From Podarcis liolepis (Eukaryota): 64,000 nt of DNA. The position numbers were made by a program, and so were the translations under genes. A model generated the notes under the pieces. That model did no database searches. It was given only the letters and a program-made list of their open reading frames with translations, and was not told where the DNA came from. Location: assembly GCA_965112155.1 (NCBI GenBank), contig OZ218102.1; one strand, written 5' to 3'. This document shows positions 1 to 12,780 of the stretch, piece after piece (the stretch's first letter is position 1; each line of letters begins with the position of its first letter).

Positions 1-1402
1 AATGAGTGGCATTGTGTCTTCATGTTTGTTTAGCAGGGTACAAATAGGTATAGCTTTGAGACCATCTGGCATTCTGCTTTCCCTGAGCAGTGCATTGGTA
101 ATACCAGCTAATAAGGAACACAGCATTGCCCTGTTGGCTTTCATCTGTTAGGTTGGGCATGGATCCAAATTGTGTTTTGTAGCTCATGGGCCCACTCCAA
201 TGTATGCCCTCTGCATCTGTAAATGAGACTAATTGAAACTGATCCAAATAAAACAAGCAAGACTGAGTTTGACATCTCAAATGCAGTTTAGGTTTGGAGT
301 CCCAGGCTGAACCAAATGCAAGTGACTTGTTCTTGCCAAATAGATGGGGAAACCCATCCCAACTGTCATAGATGGCTTAATCTCTGTAAGGTGAAATCCT
401 GGATTCACAGGCCCTCTCATAATTCTGAGCTGGTTAGCAGGATGGCATTGCACTGGTAAGAGACAAGGAAGATTTCAGTATAGCCTTCAAAATGCCATTT
501 TGCAAATAAAACCAAATAACAGATTTGGCTGAAATATCCCCTTTTGTTTCTGGGTTTCAAGGCGAGGAGATATGCAGTAATAAAAAAATGGAAAATGATT
601 CCTGCATGCCACTGGCCACGTTTACACATAATGATAAGCCAAGGTTCTTGGTTTATCTTTAACAAACGATACTTTGCACAAGCAGAGTGCCTGTGTACTG
701 TGTACAGAGTTGTGTACTTTTTGCTCCTTTCTTTGAATGAGCAGGTAAACAAACCAGGAAGGGCATAACATCACATTATAACTGAATCTGGAATTGTGGT
801 TTGTTTTTCCCTAGCAATACACAGTTTATAAACCAATGACAAACCTTGCTTTAAGGCTAGCTAGTGATTTGGCTTGTTAGAGAGAGATAAACAATCATAG
901 GTTCAGATAATGGTATCCCTTTTGTGGTTTTTACCATCTCTTGTGAAGGGATCATCAAAGTGGGAGTTATCAGGTTGTGTGTACTGTGTGGTTTGTTAAA
1001 CCAAGGCTGTTGACTATTGGTACCCACAAACATTGCCAATGTGTTGTAGTCCAATTTGTTGTCTGATAGCTTGGTCAGGCCATTGGAAAGTTAACCATAA
1101 GGATCAATGTATTTATCCTCTTGAGAGTTCTAGAATCCAAATGGCTTCATACCTCTTGAAGGGCAGGTGAGCCTTGCCTACGATTCTGACCAAGATTTTT
1201 GGGAGAGGGTCTCGGTTTTCAGCAGGTAATTAATTGTATGATAGCTCTAGAATTTACAGATCCCTTGCTTTTCTTCTGTACCTGCAATTCTAGACAGACA
1301 CTTTCTGAATATGCACCTTGCAGCATCTGGATAACTGTATGTCCTGATACCTGATACCGAGACCTGGCTGTATGACTGGTAGGGTTTGGCCAGAATCCAA
1401 TA

Positions 1403-1626
1403 CAGTGGTACCTCAGGTTACATACGCTTCAGGTTAGACTCTGCTAACTCAGAAATATTACCTTGGGTTAAGAACTTTGCTTCAGGATGAGAACAGAAAT
1501 CGTGCTCTGGCGGCGCGGCGGCAGCAGGAGGCCCCATTAGCTAAAGTGGTGCTTCAGGTTAAGAACAGTTTCAGGTTAAGAACGGACCTCCAGAACGAAT
1601 TAAGTACTTAACCCGAGGTACCACTG
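1403..1626. mobile_element. Tc1/mariner (Tigger/pogo-like) MITE
   Basis: TIRs CAGTGGTACCTC / GAGGTACCACTG with TA on both sides. Confidence 0.88.
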
Positions 1627-2123
1627 TAATGGATAACTGACCATTCATTTGCTGCTCCCCCTGTGCATTAACAAAAGCTATAAATTGTTGGTATAATATT
1701 GCTTGGTAACTTTCATTTCATTTGTTTGTTTATTAAATTATATACCACCTTTCATCCGAGGATTGTGGGGCGGTTTACAATATAAATATACTTAACAATC
1801 CACTGAAGCTCTCTTCCAGCAGGAGACTAGTTGCCTCTTTATCATTTGGACTCTTCAGTTTGATCAAGATTGTCTTAGTTGTTGTTTTTAGAAAAGTATT
1901 ACTTTGTTGAGTTTTCATAATGGTTGGCACCAAGAACAGTAAGCAGACGTCCCCTCTCTCTATTTGCAGATAACAAAATAATTGCAATTACCCTCCCAGT
2001 CTCTGGTTGTGCACTTCTTGGGTGGGAGGGGGTTCACTTAAAGTTTGTTTAGAGAGAAAGAGGGATCTGATAAAACAATACTGTTTTCTGTTTGAGCCTA
2101 TCCCGTTTAAATAAGGTCTAGAG

Positions 2124-2255
2124 TAGCATAGAGCAACATGGTGCCCTCCAGATGTTGTTGAACTAACTCTCATCAGCCCCAGCTAGTGTGGCCAAGAGTC
2201 AGGAATGTTGAGAGTCCAACAACATCTGGAGAGAACACCATGTTGGATACCCCTG
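2124..2255. mobile_element. hAT-type palindromic MITE
   Basis: Inverted arms (CAACATGGTG..CTCCAGATGTTGTTG / CAACAACATCTGGAG..CACCATGTTG); imperfect 8-bp TSD GTCTAGAG/GTCTGCAG. Confidence 0.7.
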
Positions 2256-4450
2256 GTCTGCAGTGGGAAGAATGGAGGGACAAAGATTCAAATATGATAG
2301 TTCGAGGAAGCATAGAGTGAACAGCGTGTTTTGAGTTTAAGAAAAAGGACATTTTAGCTTTAATCTTGAAACAAATGTAATGTGTTGGCCAGAAGTCACA
2401 AGCACTCTCCTGCTCCCACCCTAACAGAGCCATAACTGGGACAGATAAGATAGGGCAGGAATAGCCCAGGAACACTCAGGACTGAGGTTGTTGCTGTTAT
2501 TTATTAGACTTGCCAGTTGGTTGTTACCCAGACATCTCCAAGTGACTTACAACACATTTAAAACATACAGTACACCATAAAAACAGAACAAAGGTACTCC
2601 CATGATAGCTGCAGGAGACTTTGGCATTCAAGTTGAACTTAAATGACTATTTCAAACAGTACTAATACCTTCCATGCTGTGTACCATGTGTGAGACAGGT
2701 AGTGGAAACAATGCTTTGTGGATGGTTGAACTCAGTTGCCTGCTTTTCAGTTAAGATTTGTGGGTTGGCACCCTTTGAGCTTTGCCACGCCGGAGCTATT
2801 TCACATGTCATTCTTGTTCCCTATCAGAGCAGAGAGGAGCAGTGGTTCCTCCATGGGACCCAGAGGAGCTTCACATATTACCTGAGCAGTATACATCACA
2901 CTAAAGGGGGGCAGAGGCCAAGAGGGGCCTGCGCTTTCTATGACAAGTAGCTTGCATTCCCCCTCTGCCAATTCCTGGCACCTTGAGCATATTTGAAAGA
3001 AAGGCACTTTTTGCATGCAAAATGTACCAGAGTCATAAACTACACATTTTAAAAAGAAGGCTGCAATCCTTTATCTAACGGCGCTGCCACTGCTGATTTG
3101 TGCAGAATGGAACTGTATTGCAGCGACTCGTAGCTATAGTGAGAATGTCGCTTCAGATGAAGTCTAGACTGCAGCATGAGCATGTGGCCAATTTGAATGA
3201 AGTTTGGGTCAAAGAGGAGAACTTTCTTCAATCTACCCTTTCGTGCTTTGATACCCCTGGTTCAAATTCACTTGCTTTGGACTTAATGCACCTCTTGTGA
3301 CCCAGCCCGCTCCATTTTTGGATGCAGAGAAGTAGGAGATAAGCTCAGCTTGTTGCAAAACATAACATGTTTTTTTCTTGGCTTGATTTCCCTTCCATCT
3401 TTTTTAGGGTACTCTGATGTGCTGGGACTTTCTGCAGGTGAACCTGCAGATTAGCATCTGTTTCAGTTTGATATAGAAGTTGAGGTGCAGGGGGAGTGGG
3501 TGATTGACAAGGAGCAGACTTGAATAGTTTCATACGCAACACTGTTTTGCAAACTGGCTGCATTTGACTTTACAGCTGTTTTAATACATAGCATGACTTT
3601 CCGCCTGCCCGCCTCTGTACTGGAGGCAGCTTTTCTTTGTTCATTCTGCCTCCCTGTCCTTGTATCTGGCCTGCAAGGAGTTAACTCCAGCTCAGTGAGT
3701 GCTGGGCTCCCGGCTGCTGTTACGCTACAGTGGAGGACCAGCCCAGACACTGGCTGCTGGTGTTGCTGGGGGGAACGGAATCAGTGACGGCAGTAGTGCA
3801 GCATCAGCCGGCTGTTTGTGCACATCACCAGCCAGCGGCTGAGGGGAAATAAAACTGAAAGCCCTTGGATGCAACAGTGTTGCTTGAAAGAAGCACCAGC
3901 ACCCATGGACCAGGTTGGCATCCTGGCAGCAGGCAAGCTGAACTGGGTTCATACCCTTTTGACCTTCTCCCACTTTGAGTCGGATGGAGTGATGAAGTAG
4001 CAGGGAGCAATGCAGAGTTGGGCTTGGAGCCTAAAACAGTGAGTTGGGGTTGGGAAGAGGTTGGCTGGGGGGGGGGGCATAAAGGGTATTCTTGCAGCTC
4101 ATTGCTTTTCAGGCACAATCTTCAGGGAAGCTGATTCTTTGTTTCTACAGCAACAGCGCAGGCTGGAGCAAGTGTTGAAACTGCTGTTTTACTTCGGCTT
4201 TCAGGCTCAGTTTCATCCTGTTCCTGGGTCAAAGCTAGAGATTACATATAAAAATTGCGGGTGGGGGATCTGTAGTACAGAACTTCTGCCTTTTCAGGAA
4301 ACACTTTTAAGGAATGCGAACCTTCAGGAATATCACCACTGAAAGCTTTACAGCACTTGGAAACATAGCGTTGTTGGTCCTAGACAACTGTCCCCAGCAG
4401 TAAGTCCGTCTTCTATGCTCCTGCTGCATAAATAGTGTTTATGTGTTGCA

Positions 4451-4633
4451 ACTTAGGTAGCTGCCCTATACCTGATTGGACCATTGGTTCATCTAACTCA
4501 GCATTGTTCTGTACACTAACAGGCAGTGGCTTTTCAGGGTTTCAGGCAGGTATTTCTCCCAGCCTTATCTGGTGATGCTGGAGGTTTAATGTGGGATCTT
4601 TTGCATGCACATCTCTGCCACTGAGCTTTGGCC
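4451..4633 (-). mobile_element. tRNA-derived squamate SINE (Squam3-like), decayed
   Basis: Reverse strand starts GGCCAAAGCTCAGTGGCAGAG (tRNA A-box-like) and ends in a CR1-like tail. Confidence 0.6.
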
Positions 4634-5988
4634 TTTGCCCTTTGTGTGCCACATTTCCATACTATCATTCTTATCACCCTGATAATATCCCATTCATAGA
4701 AAGCACCCCCTGCTAAGCACTATGTCACCTGCACAGCAGCAAACCAGTGTCCCCCAAATTTTAACTACTTTACTTCTTCAATTTTTCTTTCTGTACACTT
4801 AAAGAGCCTGGGACAAAAAGGAATTGATTGATTTTTGCCACTGGTGTGCTTATTTGTCCTAGCTAATGTTAACATATTGGGATAAAAGAATGTTCCGTGG
4901 GGTTTTTCAAACAAAAACTGATTTGGGGAAACAGGCGTACCCAGATATTTCACCCTTGGTTAGGGGCATTTTACTACTCCAAGATAAACTGGAATGTAGG
5001 TTGTGGTATGAAAACCATTTATGTTAATTTTTTTAATGGGTGAAGGTAAATCTCTGTGTGACTCAGTATACTGGTGTTTTACCTCTTCACGTTTTATATA
5101 GCAGAAGTCAACCCCCTTTCCACCCCTTTGCAAATAATGCAGTTCCATACCTGTGACAATATGCAGTGTGGTCCCAAAGTTGATTTTGTCTTTGTTGCAA
5201 GTCTGAAATCCAGACTTCTCTTTCCATCTTCAGAAAAAAGCACCAAACCTTCAGAATGTACAGTATTAGCTGACCTGTCCAATTAAAAGGACTCTGGTTG
5301 ATGATCTTTGTTTCCAGTAAAATGTCTACCCCATTACATGTGGCTGATGAAGAATTTACAATAGTGTAATAAAACTTTAAAATGGCAAAAGGCAGATTAT
5401 TGTACATTATAGACCAATGTGGATGAGTTTGGACTCCAATATTCATAATAAGATGTTTGGTAAAGGCAATATTCTGATGTTTGAATAGCTCTCAAATGTA
5501 GAATTGATAAGGTGGAATATTCCTCAACATACCTTGTAGTCCACCTCTTCCCTTTTCCTGATAATATGTACACACTGTTTCCTCAGTCACAGACCACTGA
5601 ACCAACCCCAAGACACACATTAACTTAGGCAAAAGTTAGGCTTCAGGGTGCAAGTGTTACCTACAGTTACTGTATACTCTCTCTATATTGGAAAAAACCA
5701 AAACTTTATATAACATGCTCCTAAACTTTTTCTCTCTCACACACAATTTTTATTTCAGTGGAAATCACTGAATTGGTACCTCCACCCTTGAAAAACAATC
5801 CTAATCTCCTTTATTTGGAAGCAAGCACCTTCCTTTGGGCCGCATTCTCACACTACCACTGCTACAGTGTTGCATTGCTGATGTTTAAATACTTTTGCCC
5901 ATAAAAAGGTTAATTAGGGTAGTTCCGATGCATCTGTATATTCAGGAATAACAGCATTGGCTAAAACTATTTTTGTGTTGTTTTTCAG

Positions 5989-8596
5989 GGAGACTTAGAA
6001 AACAAACCAGTCAATGGCTGCAGACCAGAGCTCATGGACTGTGTTGCCCACGGCCATGGCGAAAAACCCAAGGTGAAACCAAGCCATTTGCTGCCTTGGG
6101 AAAATGTACAGGCAGATGAAAAGGGAAGTATGACTGGCTTAGAAACGGAGAAGTGGGCACAGAATGAGAAGCCATCGCTTAGCGTCCATGTGAACGGTGA
6201 CCTCTGTAGAGCTAGAGCAAGGAATGAGAACTCGAAACATTTTGAAAAGGATCCAAAAGCTGTCCATTCTTCCAACGTGTTAGATGACCCCAAAAAGTTG
6301 CTTGCACAAACTGTTAGAAATGGCATTAAAAGCATTCCTTATTCACCAGCAGAATGTGACTTGTTGCTGAAAAAAACAGGTGCTGATCCAGCAAACAGCT
6401 GCCCAGAAAGCAACTTGGATGCCTCTTTGGGTTGCGCTGCTCAGCTGAACAATATCAGCACTTTGACAACTGGAACATGTGGTGCTCTTCCAGAAAAGAA
6501 GGATCGTGTTCTAGCGCAGCAGACAGAAAACTCTAATGCCATTCAGGAATCTGAGAACTCACTTTTACAAACTATTTCACTTTTAGATCTTCAGGACAAG
6601 CCATCTTGCACTCCCGTGCATGACAAAGATGGCTGCCTTTATGATGGTGCTTCAAATGGTGCTCCAAGCAAAGATTTGCAACCTGAAGATTTGTCACTTC
6701 AGTCAACTTTTTTATCTCTGATTAAAAACCGGAATTTAACTGTAGAACAGGTTGTAGCTATTGAGGCATTGACACGCTTGTCGGAAGTCCCTTCAGGAGC
6801 TCCCTTACCAGCTAAACCAGAAAGAGTTCAGTGCACAGAAGAGCAAAGTTCACATTCACTTAACAATTACAAAAAGGATAATTCATGTTTCTTGACATCA
6901 TCTGCATTGAAAGTAATCAAAGGAAGTTGTCCACAGAAGGACCAGCAGCTCTTTCCTCATGCTCCTTCGCAGAGAAGAACCCTTCCTAAAAGTCCCTTGA
7001 CGTCATCTGCATTGATAGCAATCAAAGGGGCTTGTCCACAGAAAGACCAGCAGCTCTTTTCTCATGGTGCTTCACAGAGAAGAATCTTTCCTAAGAGTTT
7101 GCTTTACAATGGTCAAGGTGCTATTTCTGAATTCCCCAGTAAAACCACTGGTCCGTCTAGCTTATTGCGTAGGCTACATTTCTCCCCACGAGATACCAAG
7201 TCTTTATCTGCGTTAGTGTCTGGTGGAACTTCAGGTCATACTACCAAGAAACACCCTCTTTATCATAAAGCTGCCATTGGGCCATGCTCCAAAATCTCAA
7301 GTGTTGTCAAACAGCGGAGGAGCAGAGTAGACATGCTTGGAAAGTGGGAGGGGAAGGCTGTCCATGGCTCAAATTCAAAAAGTAATTCTGTATTTAGGGG
7401 AAATATTCATAGCCAGGATGAGGAAGAGGTAGCCACCCAATTAACTCAACTTGCAGCAATAATTGAATCAAGCAAAGCAAGCCCAGACCAGAAGACATCG
7501 CTTCTCAGTCGAATACCACCCGATATGCAACCAAAACATAAACAGGACCAGTGCCTATTGCAGAAGAAACAATCTGTATTTGTAAGGAACAATTATAGTC
7601 CATTGTTAGTCAAGCAAAGGCAACCAACACGGAAAAATGAAAAACCAGTACCGAGGGCAAAAAGATTAAAAAAGAAGCCTCAAGTAATGCCTGACCAACA
7701 AAATCAGCTACAGCAAGATTGCCATCTTAGTGAATTACAGGACATACCGAAAAAGCCTTCTAAACTACGCAAGGTTGGTCGTAACACGTCACAGGATTCG
7801 AAACTAACTGCTTTGGGGAAAAGATCTTCTAAAGCCAAAGTACAGAAGGCATGGAATCGGAATACTTTGTCATCACAACAAAAAGCAGCTGCATTATTTC
7901 TTCCCAAAACTCAAATAATATACCACAGGCCTTTGCCTGCTTCAACACAAGACAAAGTGAAAGACAAGTTGTTTGGCTTTGAAATGGTGCCTGAGCACAT
8001 AAAAACTATGGGCTCCAATGAGGCACGGGGCACCAATCCTCCAGGTGCTGCCCCAGATGCTCTGCACCATAGTGGCCTGCTCTCCAATAGTCTTCTGACT
8101 GTCCCTCACTTCGAAGCAAAATCCTGTTTGAACCAAGGAAGTGAAAATGTACAGATGTTTACAGAAAAAGACAAGAATTCTCAGGTACAGCAAACAATGA
8201 ACATGGCTCAGATGCATCCTTTGCCTCAGATCTTTGGTCAAAGAGCAGATGAAATGTGCAAGGAAAACCAAGCAAAACTTGAATGCGGTGCTGTGGAACA
8301 ACAAATGGGCCAGAAATTGCAAACCATGTCCATTAACTGTAGCTTAGCCTCCCCAGGGGAAACCTTGCAGGCTCTCAGGAAAGCAGAGTGTGCAAGTGAA
8401 GTTACAGTTCCAACATCAAGAAGCTTGGAGACTGAGAACACACAGAGAACAGGGATCTTAGGGTGTTCTCCAACAAAGAATACACTCAGTAGTTTTCTTG
8501 AATCGCCTATGAAGTTCTTGGACACCCCTACAAAGAACCTAATCGATACACCTACAAAGAAAGGACAGACTGATTTTCCAAGCTGTGATTGTGTTG
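5989..8596 (+). CDS. TET1: TET1 large exon (human exon 4 equivalent); upstream CXXC exons are outside the window
   Basis: Acceptor tttttcag|GGA and donor GTTG|gtaagt. In frame with ORF 6034..8730. Encodes [17 protein letters not shown], the Sin3 helix [25 protein letters not shown] and FPSCDCV (start of the Cys-rich domain). Confidence 0.95.
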
Positions 8597-9071
8597 GTAA
8601 GTGTAATTTGGTTCATTTTGCATGGAGTTCTGAAAGTTTTCTCACTGAGGATTCCTTTAGAATTTTTATCTTGCAAATGTTGCCTCTTGCCTGCTCTGAT
8701 GAAGTGAGTCACCAAGTCTCCACCATGTAAGTGAAAAGATGACTCTATATCACTCCATATACTAATCAAGTAACTGCTTGATTACCTGAATTTACCATCT
8801 GGTTGTGACTTCCAACAGTAGTGGAAGAATTTCCAGTTACCTAAAGAGTTGATGTTATCAGTTGAAAATACTTCTTCAGCCCTGCACTTCAGGGAATTGC
8901 TGGCTTCCTGTTTCTCTGCAATAAACAGGGAGGAAAATTGTTTTTGTTGGTTTGTTGATAATTAGGGAATAACAACCTTTATAAATAATGCAGGGGGGGT
9001 ATCTTTATCACTGCCCTCTTTGGTTGTCTCATTTAATTCCAATGTGTCCTTGGTAAAAGCGGTATGTTATT

Positions 9072-9560
9072 TACCACATTTCTCCGTCTATAAGACGCCC
9101 TCATGTATAAGACACCCCCCCCCCATATTTTTGGGGAGTCAATTTTAGGAAAATGAGGGGAGATGGCCCAAAGTTGTTGAACCTCTCCCCCCACGCAGCT
9201 GCGGGCAGGAAACACTCCCTAGATCATTTCCCACATGCAGTGGCATTGGGGGAAGTTGCACTCCCGCCAGCCATCCAGTTAGGAGCGCAACCTCCCCGAT
9301 GCCGCCGTGCGCAGGAAACAACCCAGGGACTGCCCGCTGTGCGCCACGGCATTGGGGGAATTTGTGCTCCTGTGCAGATGGCTGGGGGTGCACAGCTTCT
9401 CTCCCCCCCCCCCCGTAGGCAGGAAACACCCTCCAGATCGCTCCCCTCTCGCTGCAGCATCGGGGGAAGCCGCGCTCCTGCCAACGAGCTGGCTGGCGGC
9501 GCAGCACTTCTCCCCCCCCACCGCCGCCATTATCGTTGTATTGGACGACCCCAGTTTTTT
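9072..9560. mobile_element. Non-autonomous Tc1/mariner-type element with GC-rich interior, 3' truncated
   Basis: Terminus TACCACATTTCTCCGTCTATAAGACGCCC..GTATAAGAC. The CpG-rich body explains the overlapping spurious ORFs. Confidence 0.55.
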
Positions 9561-9924
9561 GATGTGTATATATGCATTTGGCTCCTGTTCTTCAGTATCT
9601 GAAAGGGAATGAAGTATTATATTAATGATAAACCAGTTAACAATAATAAACTTGAATCTAGTTCAAAATGTGAACATTTTCAAAAGATTACACAGCATTT
9701 CTGTTTTGATAAAGGCTCCATTGTTAATCCCATCAATATTCCTCAGCCTTCTCAGACTTGGAGATCCACCAAGTCTTTTAACTCCAGCCTGGAGTGTATG
9801 ACATGCCTAATAAATATTTTACTGTATATGTTTATCTTTCTCCTCTTTAAAAAAAGAACACAACTGTATGTGTGTACTCGGTACATGAAATAATTTTAAC
9901 AGCTATTTTTAATTATTTCTGTAG

Positions 9925-10015
9925 AGCAAATTATAGAGAAGGATGAAGGGCCATATTATACACACCTTGGAACGGGACCAAGTGTTGCTGCAGTCAGGGA
10001 AATAATGGAAGACAG
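9925..10015 (+). CDS. TET1: TET1 exon (Cys-rich domain), 91 nt
   Basis: ctgtag|AG CAA..GAC AG|gtgag; encodes [31 protein letters not shown]. Confidence 0.97.
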
Positions 10016-11550
10016 GTGAGAAAATACATATCAGTGAGTAAAGGTTGAATAAATATAGGCATAGCGCTATACACCCCCCCAAAAAATAAATATATATGAT
10101 GATAGTATAAGTGGTTTATAACTTATTTTTTTTCTTGCGGTACTTACCTAAGGCCTCCCTGTCTGATTATACTAGGTCAGAACTACAATATCTGTATTTG
10201 AGCTATAGTAACTAGAATGCTGCTGCTTTTTGAGTGCTGACTCTGTCTTCAGGAAAGGGGTTGAGACTCTCATAAGCCAGTTGGTGTTAGGAGTTGGACA
10301 GGAAGTGGGTATGTGACATGGTGTGCTGAGGTCTGGAAGAGTCATCTCTTCTGTGTTGGTTTCTTAGGACTGTATCCAAGGCAGATGGTCAGTCACAGGA
10401 GGTAAATAAAGGACAACGTGGCCAATTGTAGTACTGGGCTGGAAGCCAGCTAGAGCTTGAGGGAAGTTCAGATACCATCTTGACAAAGGAGAGAGACCAA
10501 ATGATTTCCTGAACAAGAGTTGCAAGGTGCATGCTTTCCTTTTCAGAGCCACATTGGCAGTTGCTTATCATCAGCTACAATCCAGAGTTCTCATTTAGGT
10601 GTGCCTAAGGAATTGGGTATGCCCATCAGGACTTCTGATTGCTTTCTTTGAATAAGTTTCTTTGAAGTGCAGCATCCCATGCTGCATCATGATATGCTTT
10701 CCACATACTCCAGATACTGAGTATGTGGTCACCTTAACATACTTACACATTTAGTACGGCCCAAGCTTTCATGGACACCATGTCAGATGAATCTAGTACT
10801 ATAGTGCTAGGGTGGATTGCATCATCATGCTATTCCAGACATTCTGAATGCTGCCTGCCAGACGGAATGACACTCTCCTTCCCCCCGGCATGCTGTTCTG
10901 GGGATTTTCCTGAGTCCATTTCAGGGGGCATATGGGAAGAGGAGGGAAGCCGCATTGCACAAGCAGAAGTCATTGCACAGCACTTCTGGTGAGAGGGCAC
11001 ATGGCGTAGGTTAATCCCATTCTTATTTTGTTGGAGTTCTCCATGTGGTTAGGTTGAAGATCTGGTGTGTTTGTAAAGTGTAAATGTTTTACTTTGGGCT
11101 CCCACATTTAGTAAATTTTTTGGTTGGATTAACAGAATGTATTAAATTGGCTGGAAAGGTGCCACAATTACTTGGAAAGCAGATCTTAAATGTTTAAAAG
11201 GGCATTTTTCATTCAGTTGCAAATGGGGAAGAAACATTCTCTTTCTCGGTCTCTCTCTCTCTGGAGGGAATGCCTCTTTTTAAAGGTTCCTGCTATAACA
11301 TTTATTTGATAAAACCATTGTTATATTAATGTGCAAACATATGCAGATTTAATTGGTTGAACTACAGTTCATATGATCAGCTAAGATAATTGATGACAGC
11401 CCTAGTTTTTAGTAGCAGTTATTGGGTGGGATAGAAAGAACTGGGATTAAGAGGACAAGATAGGAATGGTTCTCTAAAGTACTATAGTCAAAGTAGTGTA
11501 TGCTAGCAATGAAAAGTGGTTTTTTATTTCAGTGGCACAGAAGGGGTAGT

Positions 11551-11893
11551 AATAATAATAATTTTATTATTTATACCCTGCCCATCTGGCTGGGTTTTCC
11601 CCACCACTCTGGGCGACTCCCAGCAGAATAGTAAAAACATGAAACATTAAAAACTTCCCTAAACAGGGCAGTTTTCAAACGTCTTCTAAAAGTCAGATAG
11701 TAGTTTATTTCCTTGACATCTGAAGGGAGGGTGTTCCACAGGGAAGGCACCACTACCAAGAAGACCGTCTGCCTGGTTCCCTGTAACTTCGCTTCTTGCA
11801 GTGAGGGAACCAGCAGAAGACCCTTGGAGGAGGACCTCAGTGTCTGGGCTGAGCGATGGGGGTGGAGACGCTCCTTCAGGTATACTGGGTCCA
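11551..11893 (-). mobile_element. L2-clade LINE 3' fragment
   Basis: Minus-strand ORF PVYLKERL..TLRSS..LLLVP..PSLWNTLP..FRRRLKTALF (L2 ORF2 C-terminus) with a simple-repeat tail. Confidence 0.85.
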
Positions 11894-12040
11894 TTCCTAA
11901 GGACTGAGGAAGGGGTTAATAGCTGCCTTCCCCAAGTGGTGGTGGGCATAAGCTTGGAAGGGGCCTGTTGCTTCTCTACTTGTTAACGGAATTAATTACT
12001 AGGACATTTCATAATCCTTACTAGTTTTTCCTTTCTACAG

Positions 12041-12134
12041 ATATGGAGCAAAAGGAAGTGCTGTAAGAATTGAGGTAGTTGTGTATACAGGCAGAGAAGG
12101 AAAAAGCTCCCAAGGGTGTCCAATTGCCAAGTGG
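12041..12134 (+). CDS. TET1: TET1 exon (Cys-rich domain), 94 nt
   Basis: ctacag|A TAT..TGG|gtaagt; encodes [31 protein letters not shown]. Confidence 0.97.
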
Positions 12135-12569
12135 GTAAGTTTTTGTTTTATAGTAATATATCTTTATTTGTATTCTTGAAATTCATTTTTTTATTGCAGC
12201 TATGGTACTTAAGGCCCATGAAGTGCTTTTTTCTTAGTGATCAAAGCGCTATTTATTTATACATTAAAATAATTTTGTTACCCCCTTTGAATCAAAAAGG
12301 TTGCACAATGTGACCAATGATCAAATCTAAGCCAGTCAACCAAGAATGAATGAATGAATTGAATTAAAAATCAGCAGCAGTAAACAAAACAAAAACCAGC
12401 AGGAAAAAGCTTACGAGCTGCTTAGTAGAACATCCAAAGACAGAAATTACTATTGGGACTGAAGTTTTGCTTGGGTTTTTAGCCTTATCCAATCCCACAC
12501 TGAGAACTTCTATTGCCTCCCTAGACAATGCAGGGTGGCATGGGTATTATCAGCATACTGGTCTCACTG

Positions 12570-12780
12570 CACACCAAACCTCTGGATTTAATCTTGGTAA
12601 GTTTTACAGCTGTTCTATGACAGGGCAGTATTACTGTCACGATACAAACAAGAGGCCTGAGGCTGAAGGTGATTGGTTTGCCAAAGGCCAAATGGGTAAG
12701 TTCATGACTGAGCTGGGATATGAGCTGTAGACTTCTCAGATCACAGCTTATGTTACTAACCACTATGTTACACCAGCCAC
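12570..12780 (-). mobile_element. MIR-like CORE-SINE remnant
   Basis: Resembles the reverse MIR core and head (GAGGCTGA..GCCAAAGGCCA..AACCACTATGTTACACCAGC). Confidence 0.5.

Noticed and set aside
7704-8525. Antisense ORFs within the TET1 large exon (also 29650-30078)
   Set aside because: Shadow ORFs of the coding strand with no independent support.
9145-9612. Five overlapping ORFs of 83-149 aa on both strands
   Set aside because: They arise from the stop-poor, GC-rich interior of a non-autonomous transposon; no recognisable protein motifs.
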